IMG/VR virus record: IMGVR_UViG_3300031707_000029
Coordinates: 1 to 47,941 of that record
Strand: one strand, 5' to 3'
DNA length: 47,941 bases
Origin: a virus
Taxonomy: Duplodnaviria; Caudoviricetes
In this document: piece after piece, positions 1-9,960 of the stretch
Layout of the letters: each line of letters opens with the position of its first letter
Numbering within the stretch: the first letter of the stretch is position 1
Position numbers and translations under genes: made by a program
Notes under the pieces: model-generated
Database searches by the model: none
Told to the model about the DNA's origin: nothing
The model's input: only the letters and a program-made list of their open reading frames with translations

Positions 1-395
1 GTGACATTCAACGTCATCCATCCACCAGCCTCCGCGACCGTCCGCCCCGCGCCCGTGATCGTTCGCCACGACCAGTGAATCGACGCATCGCCGAAGGTAT
101 CGTACCAGCTAATGGCATCTTCATCCACGGCGCCGCCGCCGCCCACGGCCCATGCCGGGACACCTGCCACCATTGTCCAAACGTCGTTGTTATTGCCCTT
201 CGCCTTCCGCGCCCAAGCCGGCGTCGCATTGGCAAAGATCATATCGCCGGCGATGGGAGCGGCGGCCAGGGTGTCGGGATGCAAGGTGCTGAGGAGGTTA
301 TGTCCGCCGGTATAGGTCGACCGGATTCCGTTCAACCGCAGAAGGATATCGGCCAACGTCTTGCGGATATCCCTGATTTCGGTCTCGGTATTCAC
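1..395 (-). CDS. Tail/fibre-associated virion protein, partial (runs off window start)
   Basis: GTG at 395 overlaps the upstream stop (GTGA). Frame read manually is open to position 1: MNTETEIRDIRKTL...GDMIFANATPAWARKAKG...VAGVPAW. Absent from the ORF track because it has no stop. Lies after the tape measure and distal tail genes. Confidence 0.65.
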   Translation of the reverse strand, partial: MNTETEIRDIRKTLADILLRLNGIRSTYTGGHNLLSTLHPDTLAAAPIAGDMIFANATPAWARKAKGNNNDVWTMVAGVPAWAVGGGGAVDEDAISWYDTFGDASIHWSWRTITGAGRTVAEAGGWMTLNV

Positions 396-1156
396 AGGAG
401 CGTGATCCCTCGGGTCAGGACCTTCAGCTCCAACGTCCATTCGCGGAGCTCCTTCGATCCGTAGATGTGGCGATGGGCCGACGGTGAGCCGACGACTTTC
501 ACCATATAGACATGCGGCTTGGTGTGGTCGGGGATGATGACGAAGCGGCCGGCCGGCCCGCCGATCGACGATAGGAAGGCTTCGAGGGCATCCACGTTCG
601 CCGGGTCTTGAAGGTTCATAAACCGAATCCCGAACCGCTTGCTTTCGCTCAGGTAGGCGTCCCAGTCCTGGCCATAGGGCGTGGTCTGTTCATCGGTGAA
701 AAATTGGACTCCATCATCTCGGCCGGGCTGCAAGTGGGCCGTCGTGAATTTCGACCATGTGCCGAGCCAGGCATCCCCGACCTGCGGCATCAGCGGATTA
801 GCAGGAGCGTTCACGTAGAAGCGCCACCACCGGTTCGAATCACTAAGGAGGTGGTACATATCGTTGGCTCGCCAGGTGAAGAGTCCGTTGTAGACCATCG
901 TTGTCCAGGCATCGGAATAGGATTGGATGCGAACGACGCCAGCCGTGATATTGTGATTGAAGAAGGCCGCCAGGGTAACGAGTGTCGGCGCCCCGAGGTC
1001 GATCTTGATCCATTGCGCCGCTTTGGCCAGGAAACGGAAAGGACGCGAGGGCCGGTCATCGTAAAGGTACTCTTTGACGTAGACCGGATCCTCCGTCAAA
1101 ACGCTATCGAGCGTGATCACGGTGATGAGGTTCGTTGCCGAATAAAGGAATGCCAT
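392..1156 (-). CDS. Distal tail/tail-tip protein
   Basis: ATG (MAFLYS) with GGAGG RBS, immediately downstream of the tape measure gene. Beta-rich, with a WIKIDLG..LAAFFNHN carbohydrate-binding-like segment. Confidence 0.6.
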   Translation of the reverse strand: MAFLYSATNLITVITLDSVLTEDPVYVKEYLYDDRPSRPFRFLAKAAQWIKIDLGAPTLVTLAAFFNHNITAGVVRIQSYSDAWTTMVYNGLFTWRANDMYHLLSDSNRWWRFYVNAPANPLMPQVGDAWLGTWSKFTTAHLQPGRDDGVQFFTDEQTTPYGQDWDAYLSESKRFGIRFMNLQDPANVDALEAFLSSIGGPAGRFVIIPDHTKPHVYMVKVVGSPSAHRHIYGSKELREWTLELKVLTRGITLL

Positions 1157-1160
1157 GGCC

Positions 1161-4142
1161 TTATCCTCCGAGGGCCGCCCGCATCGGCTCCTTACCCATA
1201 TTCGTCCGAATCCAGGCGACCAGCTCCGGTCCGATCCGTTCCCGGACGATCCGGCGGAGCCCGGTGTCATCGACGGTCGAGATATAGAACGTCGCGTTGA
1301 GGTTTGTCCCGCCCCGTCCTCGCTCCACTTTCAGCATCGTCCCGAGTTTATCGGCCGGGAGAATGATCTCAGGGATCCTCGGCGCCGCCTCGCCGGCGAA
1401 AAGAAGGGTCGGTTCTCGCAGCACGGCCCCCGTTTGAGCATGGGGCAGGTGGGACAAAATAGAGACGGCCTTCTCTGCCTGATTCCAAATTCCCATGGTC
1501 GCTTCGGCAATCGTGGCGAGGTGATTGGAGCCAAAGCCGCTTTGCATGTTATCGAGTTGGTCGACGATTCTATCCATCCGTCCCTGCATATAGACCATGA
1601 TGGAAATAACGTCCATGTGCCACCAACCCCAACCGGCCAGGAATCGATCCTGCCGCTCCACGACCCGGCCCATTCCGTCGCCTGCGCCGCCTCCGCCCCC
1701 TCCTCCGAGTAAGGCCCCGATCGCCGCGAAACCCGCATAGAGAGCCAGGGCGATAGCTCCGACGATGATCAACGCCGGCGCCGCGGCCGCCAGGATCGTC
1801 GCCGCCGAAGCGATGGCCGTCGCCAGGGCCACGATCGCCGTCCCGACCCCCGTAGCGATTGCGGCAATCCCCGTCCCGATCGCCCCCGCGATGGATGCAA
1901 TAATCGAAGCGACGCCCGTACCGAGGCTCGCCAACGTCCCTCCGATTCCCGACGCCGCGCTCGACACCGCCGAACCAACGCCCGACACGCTCTTCCCGAT
2001 CGATTCGACCGCCGTTACGGCTGTCTTAGCGCCGCCCAGGATCGCGTTCTTCACCAAATCGACGAGGAATTTCGAGGCCATTTGTGCTATCGTCGTGAAG
2101 AACGTTTCCCTGGCATTTTTCCAAAGCCGGTTCCACATCGTTATGATCGACATCTCGCCGCCGGCGAAATCCTCGATGAGGCCAGCCAGGTTCTGTGTGA
2201 CCGTATTGAAGAGCCCGTCCCATTCCGTGCTCATTTCTTTGACGGCCGGAGCGGTCGCGTCGGCGGCGCCCTTGGTCTCATTGCCGACGGCGCGGATTTG
2301 GGATTGGAGCATATCCATTAAACGGATATATTCTTGGCCCGTAATTGTTCCGGCCTTCCAAGCCATCGTCACGAGGTTCTGTTGTTGGAGAAGGTCGCGG
2401 AGTTGGGCCTTCATCTGAGGGATTGTTATCCCACCCAGTTTCGCAATGACGTTATTTAGGTTTAGGCCCCAGGTCCATTCATCTTTGAAACCGGCCGTCA
2501 CGCCCGGCAGGACACTTCCAAGCCCCGAAAATCCCGCAGTTGCACCCTTTAGAACTTCGGACATGTCGCGGGTACCTGGTAGAACCTTGGCCTGCGTCAT
2601 GTCATAGGTTTTGAGCTCGTCATTGAGCTTTGCCATCGCCTCTTGATAGACGCCGAGGCTGATCTTCCCTGTGTCCAAGAGACGGTGGAGCTCCTCCTTC
2701 GCCCGTGTTACCTTCTTTGTTTCTTCCGCCTGTTGGGTGACCGTATAAATACCGATCGAATTCAGGAACGAGGCATATTCTTCTTCGACCTTCTTGGCGG
2801 CCTCTGCGGCGGCCTTCTTTCCTTCGAGGGCTTTGGCGGCGGCTTCCTGCTTCCGGGTCTCTTCTTCAAGGACCTTGACGTGCTCGCGTCCGACCTCGGC
2901 CAGGGCCTTCTGGATATCCACGCCCTCTTTGCCCTTGTAAATGGCCATGCCTAGGGCGGCCACGTTGCCGTGATACTTCTCGATGAGCTTGGCCATCTCC
3001 CCATGCTGCCAGCCGGCGGCAACCGCCGCTTCCCCCAATTTATCCGAGAGGTGCCCCTGGGCCGCGGCCAGCCGTTCGCCTGCTTCGATCTCAATCTGTT
3101 CAGCCCGGCGGAGCTCCCCAAGGAGTCCGATGTAATGGATGACGCCTCCGACAAGTGCGGCGATGGCCAGGGTCGAAGCGGCGGAGGCGAGGCTGATGCC
3201 CGCGATCGCGGCTTTGAGCGCGACGAAGCCTTGGATGAGCTTTGGGACAATGAGGAGGACGGGACCGAGGACGGAAAGAAGGGCGCCCACGGCAAGGGCG
3301 GTCGTCGCGATACCCCGCGTCAACTCCGGATGTTCTTTAACCCAAGTCCCGATCGTCATTCCGATCTCTTTGGCCTTGAGGACGAATTCCGTGAGCATCG
3401 GAATAACCGCCATCCCGATCTGTTCGCCGACACCCTTGAGGCCGAGCTTGAGGGCGGTCAATTGGTCGCCGAATTCGTCGGCCGCCATCGCCGCATCCTT
3501 CGACATCACGAGTCCGAACCGTTCGGCTTCGCCGGCGAGTTTGGCGATCCCTTCACGCCCTTCATTGAGGAACGGCAGGATGTTGGTACCGCTCCGGCCG
3601 AAGATATCCATCGCCAGGGCCGACTTCTGCTGTCCGTCCGGGAGGTCTTTGAATTTATCGGCCAGGTCCAGGAGCAGGGTGTCCATGTCCTTGGTGTTGC
3701 CGTGAGCATCTTTGGCCGAGACACCCAACGTGATCAGCGCCGCCCCCGCGGCGCCGGAGCCCGAGGCCATGTCGTCCTGGTTCATGGCCATCTTCTTGAA
3801 GGCCTGCCCGAGGTCCTCGATCGAGGTGTCCAAGACTTCGGCCACGTATTTATAGGCGCTGAGCTTTTCGACCGAGATACCGGTCTTCATGTTAAGAAGG
3901 AGGAATTGTTCAGCCACGTTGGCCGTGTGCATAGCCATCCCGGTCAGCGTGCCGACGATCGAGGCGCCGGCCGTCGTCATTATCGTTCCAAGCGTCTTGG
4001 CGCCCTTGGCGACGTCGCCCAGCGTGCCGGTCAGTTTCTTTTCATCCGCCTGGACAGCGGAGATGGCAGAATTCCACCCCGTCTTGTCGAGCAGCAGTTT
4101 GCCGACAATCGAACCGGCGAGGAAGGCGCCCATATCAGCCAT
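1161..4142 (-). CDS. Tail tape measure protein (993 aa)
   Basis: Long Ala/Gly-rich helical ORF with typical TMP segments (KSALAMDIFGRSG, AGEAAPRIPEIILP) and ~11-aa hydrophobic repeats. Follows the tail chaperones. Confidence 0.93.
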   Translation of the reverse strand: MADMGAFLAGSIVGKLLLDKTGWNSAISAVQADEKKLTGTLGDVAKGAKTLGTIMTTAGASIVGTLTGMAMHTANVAEQFLLLNMKTGISVEKLSAYKYVAEVLDTSIEDLGQAFKKMAMNQDDMASGSGAAGAALITLGVSAKDAHGNTKDMDTLLLDLADKFKDLPDGQQKSALAMDIFGRSGTNILPFLNEGREGIAKLAGEAERFGLVMSKDAAMAADEFGDQLTALKLGLKGVGEQIGMAVIPMLTEFVLKAKEIGMTIGTWVKEHPELTRGIATTALAVGALLSVLGPVLLIVPKLIQGFVALKAAIAGISLASAASTLAIAALVGGVIHYIGLLGELRRAEQIEIEAGERLAAAQGHLSDKLGEAAVAAGWQHGEMAKLIEKYHGNVAALGMAIYKGKEGVDIQKALAEVGREHVKVLEEETRKQEAAAKALEGKKAAAEAAKKVEEEYASFLNSIGIYTVTQQAEETKKVTRAKEELHRLLDTGKISLGVYQEAMAKLNDELKTYDMTQAKVLPGTRDMSEVLKGATAGFSGLGSVLPGVTAGFKDEWTWGLNLNNVIAKLGGITIPQMKAQLRDLLQQQNLVTMAWKAGTITGQEYIRLMDMLQSQIRAVGNETKGAADATAPAVKEMSTEWDGLFNTVTQNLAGLIEDFAGGEMSIITMWNRLWKNARETFFTTIAQMASKFLVDLVKNAILGGAKTAVTAVESIGKSVSGVGSAVSSAASGIGGTLASLGTGVASIIASIAGAIGTGIAAIATGVGTAIVALATAIASAATILAAAAPALIIVGAIALALYAGFAAIGALLGGGGGGGAGDGMGRVVERQDRFLAGWGWWHMDVISIMVYMQGRMDRIVDQLDNMQSGFGSNHLATIAEATMGIWNQAEKAVSILSHLPHAQTGAVLREPTLLFAGEAAPRIPEIILPADKLGTMLKVERGRGGTNLNATFYISTVDDTGLRRIVRERIGPELVAWIRTNMGKEPMRAALGG

Positions 4143-4413
4143 TGGTCAAAGGTTTATCCTCATCCATGTCCATGAATTCGATCCGCCATTGTCTTAACGA
4201 AACGATGTCGTCGAAGTCCTCCCCCGATGCCTGAGCGATGCGGGCAACGGTGATCGCATTGAGTTCGCGCACCGCTAGGGACTTTTGGGCCACGAGTTTC
4301 CAAAATCGGACCTCCCGCCAGTCCATCTCCTCGAGTTCTTCAAGGGATAAGAGGCCGGACAAACCCTCCGTTATGACGGCAACGTTGTCCGCCCAGCCTC
4401 GAATCCGTTTTTT
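4135..4413 (-). CDS. Tail assembly chaperone, -1 frameshift (GT) extension
   Basis: Open -1 frame (KRIRGWADNV...LEEMDWREVRFW) entered at the slippery A AAA AAC (4407-4413); ends at the tape measure start. Confidence 0.75.
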   Translation of the reverse strand, partial: KKRIRGWADNVAVITEGLSGLLSLEELEEMDWREVRFWKLVAQKSLAVRELNAITVARIAQASGEDFDDIVSLRQWRIEFMDMDEDKPLTNG

Positions 4414-4715
4414 TCGACCTCCGGGAGCCCCGCCAACGGAGGCGCGAACATGGTCGTCGTGATCCATCCGACGAAGGCCCGGATCTCCCGGAATTCAAGT
4501 TCATCGACGATCTCCACGGGGATCTCGGTGAGGAGAAGAAGCTGGTCGTGCAGGGCCTCGATTTCGCCCTCCTTCACTCGCGTCTCGACCTTCTTCAACT
4601 CGCGCCAGACGCGCCGATTAATCGGCCGGAGCGGATACTCCTTCCCCCGCACTTCGATCGTGATCGGGGGAAGGGCACCCTCCTGGAATACGAACCCTTT
4701 GGAAGCGGGGCTCAT
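4371..4715 (-). CDS. Tail assembly chaperone (G)
   Basis: ATG overlaps the tail tube stop. Lies between tail tube and TMP, with a slippery heptamer near its 3' end (EVEKN). Confidence 0.8.
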   Translation of the reverse strand: MSPASKGFVFQEGALPPITIEVRGKEYPLRPINRRVWRELKKVETRVKEGEIEALHDQLLLLTEIPVEIVDELEFREIRAFVGWITTTMFAPPLAGLPEVEKNGFEAGRTTLPS

Positions 4716-5251
4716 GGCGCGATACCGAGTTGGAAGAAACGGCCCTCGTATCCGGAATCGGTCCGGGGGAAGAGCTTGAACTTCACGAGGAAGACCTTTT
4801 GGGTCCCTCGGTCCCAGGGGATCTCGAAGGCCCGCATGGGGAAGGCCTTGTAGATTAGCGCCCATTCGGTCTTGGTCACGCTGACCACGCCATCCCGGAC
4901 CGGTTTGATGCAGATGGCCTTGGCCTGTTCAAACATGGCCGAGCCGCACTTGTTCCAGAAGACAACCTCGTTGGCCGTGAGGAGTGTCGTGCCCGGGAGT
5001 ATGCCATCGAGCTGGGCGAGGGTGGAACGGGTCATGGGCACCTCAAATGGTCCGCACTTCGTTCCACGGAACACGGAGTCCACCGCGGCGTCGCCGTAGG
5101 TTTCCTCCTCGACATCGGCCGCTTGGTCCTCGACCGGCAACTTGACCAAACCCTTCACGGGGTCGAGCCGGAGGTTAACGAATCCGCCTCCTACCCCGTA
5201 GTCCCAAATGACGACGCAGGGCGTGATGTCGCCCAGGGGAAATTTAGGCAT
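4712..5251 (-). CDS. Major tail tube protein
   Basis: 179-aa beta-rich ORF with GGAGG RBS, in the canonical position before the chaperones and TMP. Confidence 0.75.
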   Translation of the reverse strand: MPKFPLGDITPCVVIWDYGVGGGFVNLRLDPVKGLVKLPVEDQAADVEEETYGDAAVDSVFRGTKCGPFEVPMTRSTLAQLDGILPGTTLLTANEVVFWNKCGSAMFEQAKAICIKPVRDGVVSVTKTEWALIYKAFPMRAFEIPWDRGTQKVFLVKFKLFPRTDSGYEGRFFQLGIAP

Positions 5252-5361
5252 GTTTGCCTCCTTCCTGATTTTCGCGGTTCTGCTGGGCGTCGGCAGCCGG
5301 GCCGGGGCTCTGGGCCGGGGATGGGGCCGAAACGCTTGCAGAACGCGGGATACGCATTATT

Positions 5362-5793
5362 TCACGCATTCTTATCCGCCACTCGGAGGATAAAATTGGT
5401 CGAAAAGACAAAGAGGCCGGTCGGCCCGGGATTCTCGATCGGATACGGTTCCGCGACCGCGTCGGCCGTCCAGATAACATATTCCTCTCCGACCGTCAGC
5501 ACGGGCAGCTCGATCCACGACCTTCCGTGGAGCCGTTTGTAAATAGCATGGGCATCGGCGCGGGCTGTGAAGTACGTCTGCGCCCGATTCCAGAATTGGA
5601 TCTCCTTGTCCACCCGATCCGGCAATTCGGCATCGACCCCGGCGGGCGTCGTTTCGAGGATGAGGACGAGACGCTCCGGGAGCTTCGTCTGGTTGGTCCC
5701 GGGGAGGTAGTCCGGCAGGTGGCCGACAAAGAGATTGACGCCAATGGTCCAAGCCGTCACGTTCTCGATCCATTGGGCGAATTCTTGGAGCAC
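5362..5793 (-). CDS. Tail terminator/completion protein
   Basis: 143 aa, acidic; IQFWNR...AHAIYKRLH...FVFSTNF pattern; synteny. Confidence 0.7.
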   Translation of the reverse strand: MLQEFAQWIENVTAWTIGVNLFVGHLPDYLPGTNQTKLPERLVLILETTPAGVDAELPDRVDKEIQFWNRAQTYFTARADAHAIYKRLHGRSWIELPVLTVGEEYVIWTADAVAEPYPIENPGPTGLFVFSTNFILRVADKNA

Positions 5794-5802
5794 GATCCGT
5801 CC

Positions 5803-6252
5803 TCACTTCCAACCTGCCACACAATCCAAGCAGTGATCGGCCGCGATCTTGAGGTACTTCGGTCCGTTCCGGGCGGCCTTGGACGAAAGAAACTTCGGTC
5901 CAAAGTCCGTCTCGCCGGCTGGGACTTTCTCCTTCTTGGAGATCGAATAGAATTTCACGATATGGGAACCGTCCTTCCGGCGCCCTTCGTGCTGGTAGGC
6001 GGCATAGGCGATGTTAAATCCGGCGCGGACCGAGATTTCTCCGCTCAGGAGGTTCGGCTTCTCCACCTGCTGGGAACGCCACAGGCCGCCCGTTCGGTGC
6101 GGCGTCCGGGGCGGTTCGGTGATTGCATCGCGCAGCCAGGCCGCTCCGCCCATCATCAATCCTTTCCCGAGCGCCTCCGGATAGAGGACATTCATGGCCC
6201 GCATGAAGCCGCTATCGAAGGAGCTGGTGTCGATGATCTCGCCGGGGTTCAT
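5803..6252 (-). CDS. Neck protein (HK97 gp10-like)
   Basis: PHRTGGLWRS...GFNIAYAAYQHEG...GPKFL motifs; ATG overlaps the upstream stop. Confidence 0.75.
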   Translation of the reverse strand: MNPGEIIDTSSFDSGFMRAMNVLYPEALGKGLMMGGAAWLRDAITEPPRTPHRTGGLWRSQQVEKPNLLSGEISVRAGFNIAYAAYQHEGRRKDGSHIVKFYSISKKEKVPAGETDFGPKFLSSKAARNGPKYLKIAADHCLDCVAGWK

Positions 6253-6557
6253 TCGACGGATACCTCGATATGGTGGATCCCGTGAAGGTCCGAAGGTTGC
6301 TGGATATTGAGGACCGAGTGCCAACGGTCGGTACTCGAGGTGCGGAGACGGCTCGAGGGACGGACGACGGTCGTCTTTTTCAAGAATACGAGCGCGGTCG
6401 AGAGGACGTCCTCGCCTTTAAAATTTTTGACGATCTTATTCCCATGTTCCCAGCGGCACTTGACGCCGGTCGTCGTAGTCCCCGTGCCTTCGCCCCACTT
6501 ATCGTCGACGCGGTTCTCGATGTCGCAGGTATGGGGCAGGAGTCCAGGATAGCTCAT
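6249..6557 (-). CDS. Head closure/head-tail joining protein
   Basis: 102-aa beta-rich ORF (DDKWGE, VKCRWE, GEDVLS); synteny. Confidence 0.7.
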   Translation of the reverse strand: MSYPGLLPHTCDIENRVDDKWGEGTGTTTTGVKCRWEHGNKIVKNFKGEDVLSTALVFLKKTTVVRPSSRLRTSSTDRWHSVLNIQQPSDLHGIHHIEVSVE

Positions 6558-7192
6558 CGCGCCGCCTCCGTTTCGGATCGCTGGAAGATGAAGGTGCCTA
6601 TATCCTCGCGCCCGATCCTCTTCTCCTCCTCCGAGTAAAGGGACAGCTCAAACGCCTGGGCCTTCATAAAGTGAACGAGCCCTTCGATGGTGAAGTACCA
6701 GTAGTGTTCTCGCGGTTTGAAGTGCTTGGAGCTGAGGACGTGATCACGGTCTCGGAAAACGGGGAGTGAAATAAAGACCGTCTGCGAGCCGATGTGTGCG
6801 AGGAGCGCCGGCGGCCAGTAGATGTGCTCGAAGGAATCGAAGAACGTGATTCCGTGGAAGCGGCCGAGGTCGTCCCGGTAAGGATCCACAAAGAGGCCTT
6901 GGGTCTGGAGCCAGGTGACGGCCCGGGGGCAGACGTCGAAGCCGAACGCCTGGCCGCGGCGGCGGATGAAGGCACCGTTGCCGATCCCCACATCCAGCAC
7001 CATCTCCGGCCCGACGCCGTTCACCGTATAGGCGTTGACCAGGTTGATTCGGAAGGTATTGAGCGGATCGGCCAAGGGGCCATGTTCCCGGCGCTCGTAT
7101 TCCTCGAAGTAAGCATCGTCGTAGACGGGATTCTCGACCGGATAGAACCCGATCCCCGTCTTGTCGTCCCAAAGAAGCATCGATTTCTCCAT
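6554..7192 (-). CDS. Class I SAM-dependent methyltransferase
   Basis: Motif I VLDVGIGNG; FFDSFEHI; EHYWYFT. Confidence 0.85.
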   Translation of the reverse strand: MEKSMLLWDDKTGIGFYPVENPVYDDAYFEEYERREHGPLADPLNTFRINLVNAYTVNGVGPEMVLDVGIGNGAFIRRRGQAFGFDVCPRAVTWLQTQGLFVDPYRDDLGRFHGITFFDSFEHIYWPPALLAHIGSQTVFISLPVFRDRDHVLSSKHFKPREHYWYFTIEGLVHFMKAQAFELSLYSEEEKRIGREDIGTFIFQRSETEAAR

Positions 7193-7201
7193 GGCTCAGG
7201 A

Positions 7202-8029
7202 TCACCTTTCAAAGAGGGCGACCTGGAACGGTTTGGGGAGGTAGACCTTATCGACGATGTTCCAGTCCTCGTCGACGATCGCCACGCCGGCATCATGGGT
7301 CAGGATGAAACCGCCGGGCCCCCCGTCGTCCGGCAGCCGTTCCACGAATTTCACCCATCGGAGCTCCTCAAGCACTCGCTCCGTGCCGACGCGGACTCCG
7401 GCCTCGGTCCCATAGATGAGGACGCCCTTGTGGAAGAGGGGCGAATGGATGGACGGTTCATCGACCCAAGCGACATGCCGGAATCCCTCGCCCATCGCGT
7501 CGATCTCGATGATCCGCCGGCGGCGCAGGGCAGCGGTGAGGAACGTGGCCCCACCGTCCTGGAGGGTGATGGAATTGAAGTGGGCGCCTTCGGACGGCTC
7601 TACGGCATCGCCATCGGAGGTCGTCTGGTAGGCTTCCCAGTCCATCCTTCCGTACCGTTCGCTCCGACCGCCCATCCCGCACAGCCAGCCCCACCACTCC
7701 CATTTTGTCGCGCCGGTTTTCGGCTCCACGGCCAGGAAAAGGTCGAGGCCGGAGGAGCAGATCAGGAGCAGATCGCGGAGTTGGACGGCGCGGTGAGGTG
7801 CGTAGATCATGCGGTGATGGTAGCCCCACACCATCCCGCGGCCTTCCTTATCCCAAAATTCGATCGAGCTATGACGGACGAGGACCAGGTGGCCATCGAA
7901 GGTGCCGACGGCGCCGACGCGACGGCTGAGGGTCTTGGCCGGATGATCGGGGATCCGGCGCAAGATTTCGCCGTCGTGGACGAGGACGGCTTCGTGAAAG
8001 GGATGCTGAAGGACAGTCCAAAATCTCAC
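7202..8029 (-). CDS. Beta-propeller-like protein (DUF4915/arylsulfotransferase-like)
   Basis: GTG start overlaps the glycosyltransferase stop, with GGAG RBS. Motifs PHRAV, HFNSI, IHSPLFHKG and repeated short beta units. Confidence 0.45.
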   Translation of the reverse strand: MRFWTVLQHPFHEAVLVHDGEILRRIPDHPAKTLSRRVGAVGTFDGHLVLVRHSSIEFWDKEGRGMVWGYHHRMIYAPHRAVQLRDLLLICSSGLDLFLAVEPKTGATKWEWWGWLCGMGGRSERYGRMDWEAYQTTSDGDAVEPSEGAHFNSITLQDGGATFLTAALRRRRIIEIDAMGEGFRHVAWVDEPSIHSPLFHKGVLIYGTEAGVRVGTERVLEELRWVKFVERLPDDGGPGGFILTHDAGVAIVDEDWNIVDKVYLPKPFQVALFER

Positions 8030-9960
8030 GATATAAACTCCTTGATTGAATTGCAGATAGCCCCGGGCCGCGCCTCGGCCGAACCGTAGACGACGGGCAA
8101 GTAGCGGCCGTTGGTCCGAGCCCACGGGGGAAGCCAAGACCGGATGAAGGGGGCCTCGAATTCGCCGCCCTTGGAGATTTTATTGATGGGCCAAAACATG
8201 ACGCAGGGGGTTTGGAATTGGGCTGCCATCACCGACAATCCCGAGGGATAGCCGATTAGGACGGAGGCCTCGCGGATCAGGGCGAGGACTTGGGGAAGGT
8301 CCGTGGCGCCGACCAGGTCGATGAACGAATCCATTTCGTCCAGTTTCAATAACCGGTTTGCAAAGGCGCGGTCCCACGGCGCTCCCAGGAGGACGACCTT
8401 TTGCCGTTCCTTGTTCATCCTCGATCGGACGAGGAGCAGGAGCTCCATCCAATCCCCCGTCGTCCAATCCTCCCTGGCCCACTTCGCGTTGGCTCCTTCG
8501 GAGGAGGCGTAGAAGAGAATGAGGCGCCCGCCCGCCCGCTCTTTCATGCTGAGGGCGTAGTCGCGGCTCGCCGGCGGATAGGCGATCTTATAGTCCCAAT
8601 GGGTCTCGAATTCCGGCAGGATCTCTTCGACGACCTGCCCTCGTTCGAGGGCCGAGTTGAATTCCATCTTATAGGTCAAGCCCTGTTCTCCCCGATAGAC
8701 GGGGCGGCCATGGCCCCCGCGAATACCGAAGTCATAGGTGAGGGCAACGGGGAATCGGATGACACGATCGACGAAGGGGAGAAGGTCGAGGTACTGGCCG
8801 CTATAGCGGTGGCCGATGTCTTCGTGGACGGCGAGGGTGAGGCGGTCGATCCCGGCGTGGCGCTTGAAGGATTCCATCTTCGTCATGATCCAATGGATGT
8901 CGCCGACACCCGGCGGAACGCCGATCGAGACATCATGCGGTTGCCGGACCCGCTCGGCAAACACCCCGAAGCGGAGCAAGAGGCGCTCGCGCGTGATCCC
9001 TTTGAAGCAGGCGTGCTTCATGTCGTAGCAGTTGCAGAAAGGCTCGGGCGCGATGTAATCGAAATTCTCCAGCCCCATCGACAGGTCGATCAACGTCTCC
9101 GGTTTCTGCATCCCGCCGAAGACGCAGAAGCACTTGGTCCTCGTGGCCACCGCAGCCGGCAGCATGAGCCCGGGCGGGCAGACGATCATGTCGGCGATCT
9201 TGATGAGCCCGAGGAGTGTCGTCAGGGAGACTTCCCCGTGATGGTACCAGGCATCGAGGTTCCGGGGCTCTTCCCCATCGAACCATTCCTCCCCGTCCTC
9301 CATATCGGCCACGCTAAAGAAATAGAACCGGTCGCGGAATTCGTCGATGAGGAGCTGAAGGTAGGACGGTTTGGGATTGCGGGAGGGCGCGGACCACTCG
9401 CGCCGAATGGTCGCGGGACGGAAGAGACAGAGTTTCCGTTTCCCGATCTTGAACGGTTCTATGACCTGGCGGGCGTCCGCGATCCATTGGTCCTTGATGG
9501 GGAAAAAAAACTCATAGGTATCCATCCCAGCCTTGCGGCGGATAAACTTCGCGTTGGAATGCTCGTTCTCGAAACCTAGCTGGGTCATCGCCCCATCGGG
9601 CCGGCGGAAATAACCGGGCGGGAAGAAGCTCCAATCGAGCCTCGACCATCGCGGTCCTTCCGGCTCCGAAGGGGGAATGACGAACGTCCCGACCGGCCGC
9701 GTGGCCACGTGGCGCCGCTGGCAGCGGAGGGGAAGGTCGGAGGGCGGGGCGACGAAATGGACGTTTGGGATGTCCCAGTAGGCCTCCGGGAAGGCCGTCT
9801 CCAGGTAGACGGCACGGAAGCGGGAGACCAGGTAGCGGATGACTGGGCGTTGGTAAAAATTGTCGCCGAACCCGAGACAGCCTTTGAAGTAGAGTAAGCG
9901 GCTGTGGACGTCCGCCGGGAGCTCGAGGATGTTTGGTTTCGTCATTCCGGGCGTCAGCAT
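8026..9960 (-). CDS. Double-domain GT9-like (heptosyltransferase-like) glycosyltransferase, 644 aa
   Basis: Two GxGD starts (CLGFGDNF, PPGVGDIH). C-terminal GT9 signature DLVGATDLPQVLALIREASVLIGYPSGLSVMA; the first domain has TLLGLIKIADMIV. Confidence 0.8.
   Translation of the reverse strand: MLTPGMTKPNILELPADVHSRLLYFKGCLGFGDNFYQRPVIRYLVSRFRAVYLETAFPEAYWDIPNVHFVAPPSDLPLRCQRRHVATRPVGTFVIPPSEPEGPRWSRLDWSFFPPGYFRRPDGAMTQLGFENEHSNAKFIRRKAGMDTYEFFFPIKDQWIADARQVIEPFKIGKRKLCLFRPATIRREWSAPSRNPKPSYLQLLIDEFRDRFYFFSVADMEDGEEWFDGEEPRNLDAWYHHGEVSLTTLLGLIKIADMIVCPPGLMLPAAVATRTKCFCVFGGMQKPETLIDLSMGLENFDYIAPEPFCNCYDMKHACFKGITRERLLLRFGVFAERVRQPHDVSIGVPPGVGDIHWIMTKMESFKRHAGIDRLTLAVHEDIGHRYSGQYLDLLPFVDRVIRFPVALTYDFGIRGGHGRPVYRGEQGLTYKMEFNSALERGQVVEEILPEFETHWDYKIAYPPASRDYALSMKERAGGRLILFYASSEGANAKWAREDWTTGDWMELLLLVRSRMNKERQKVVLLGAPWDRAFANRLLKLDEMDSFIDLVGATDLPQVLALIREASVLIGYPSGLSVMAAQFQTPCVMFWPINKISKGGEFEAPFIRSWLPPWARTNGRYLPVVYGSAEARPGAICNSIKEFIS

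Noticed and set aside
1690-2010. Gly/Ala-rich repeats in the tape measure gene as another GGxGSG tag
   Set aside because: Lacks the GSGxFGH core; ordinary TMP low-complexity periodicity.
5244-5369. Small Pro/Ala-rich ORF between tail terminator and tail tube
   Set aside because: Low complexity, very short, no recognisable motif; may be real but unsupported.
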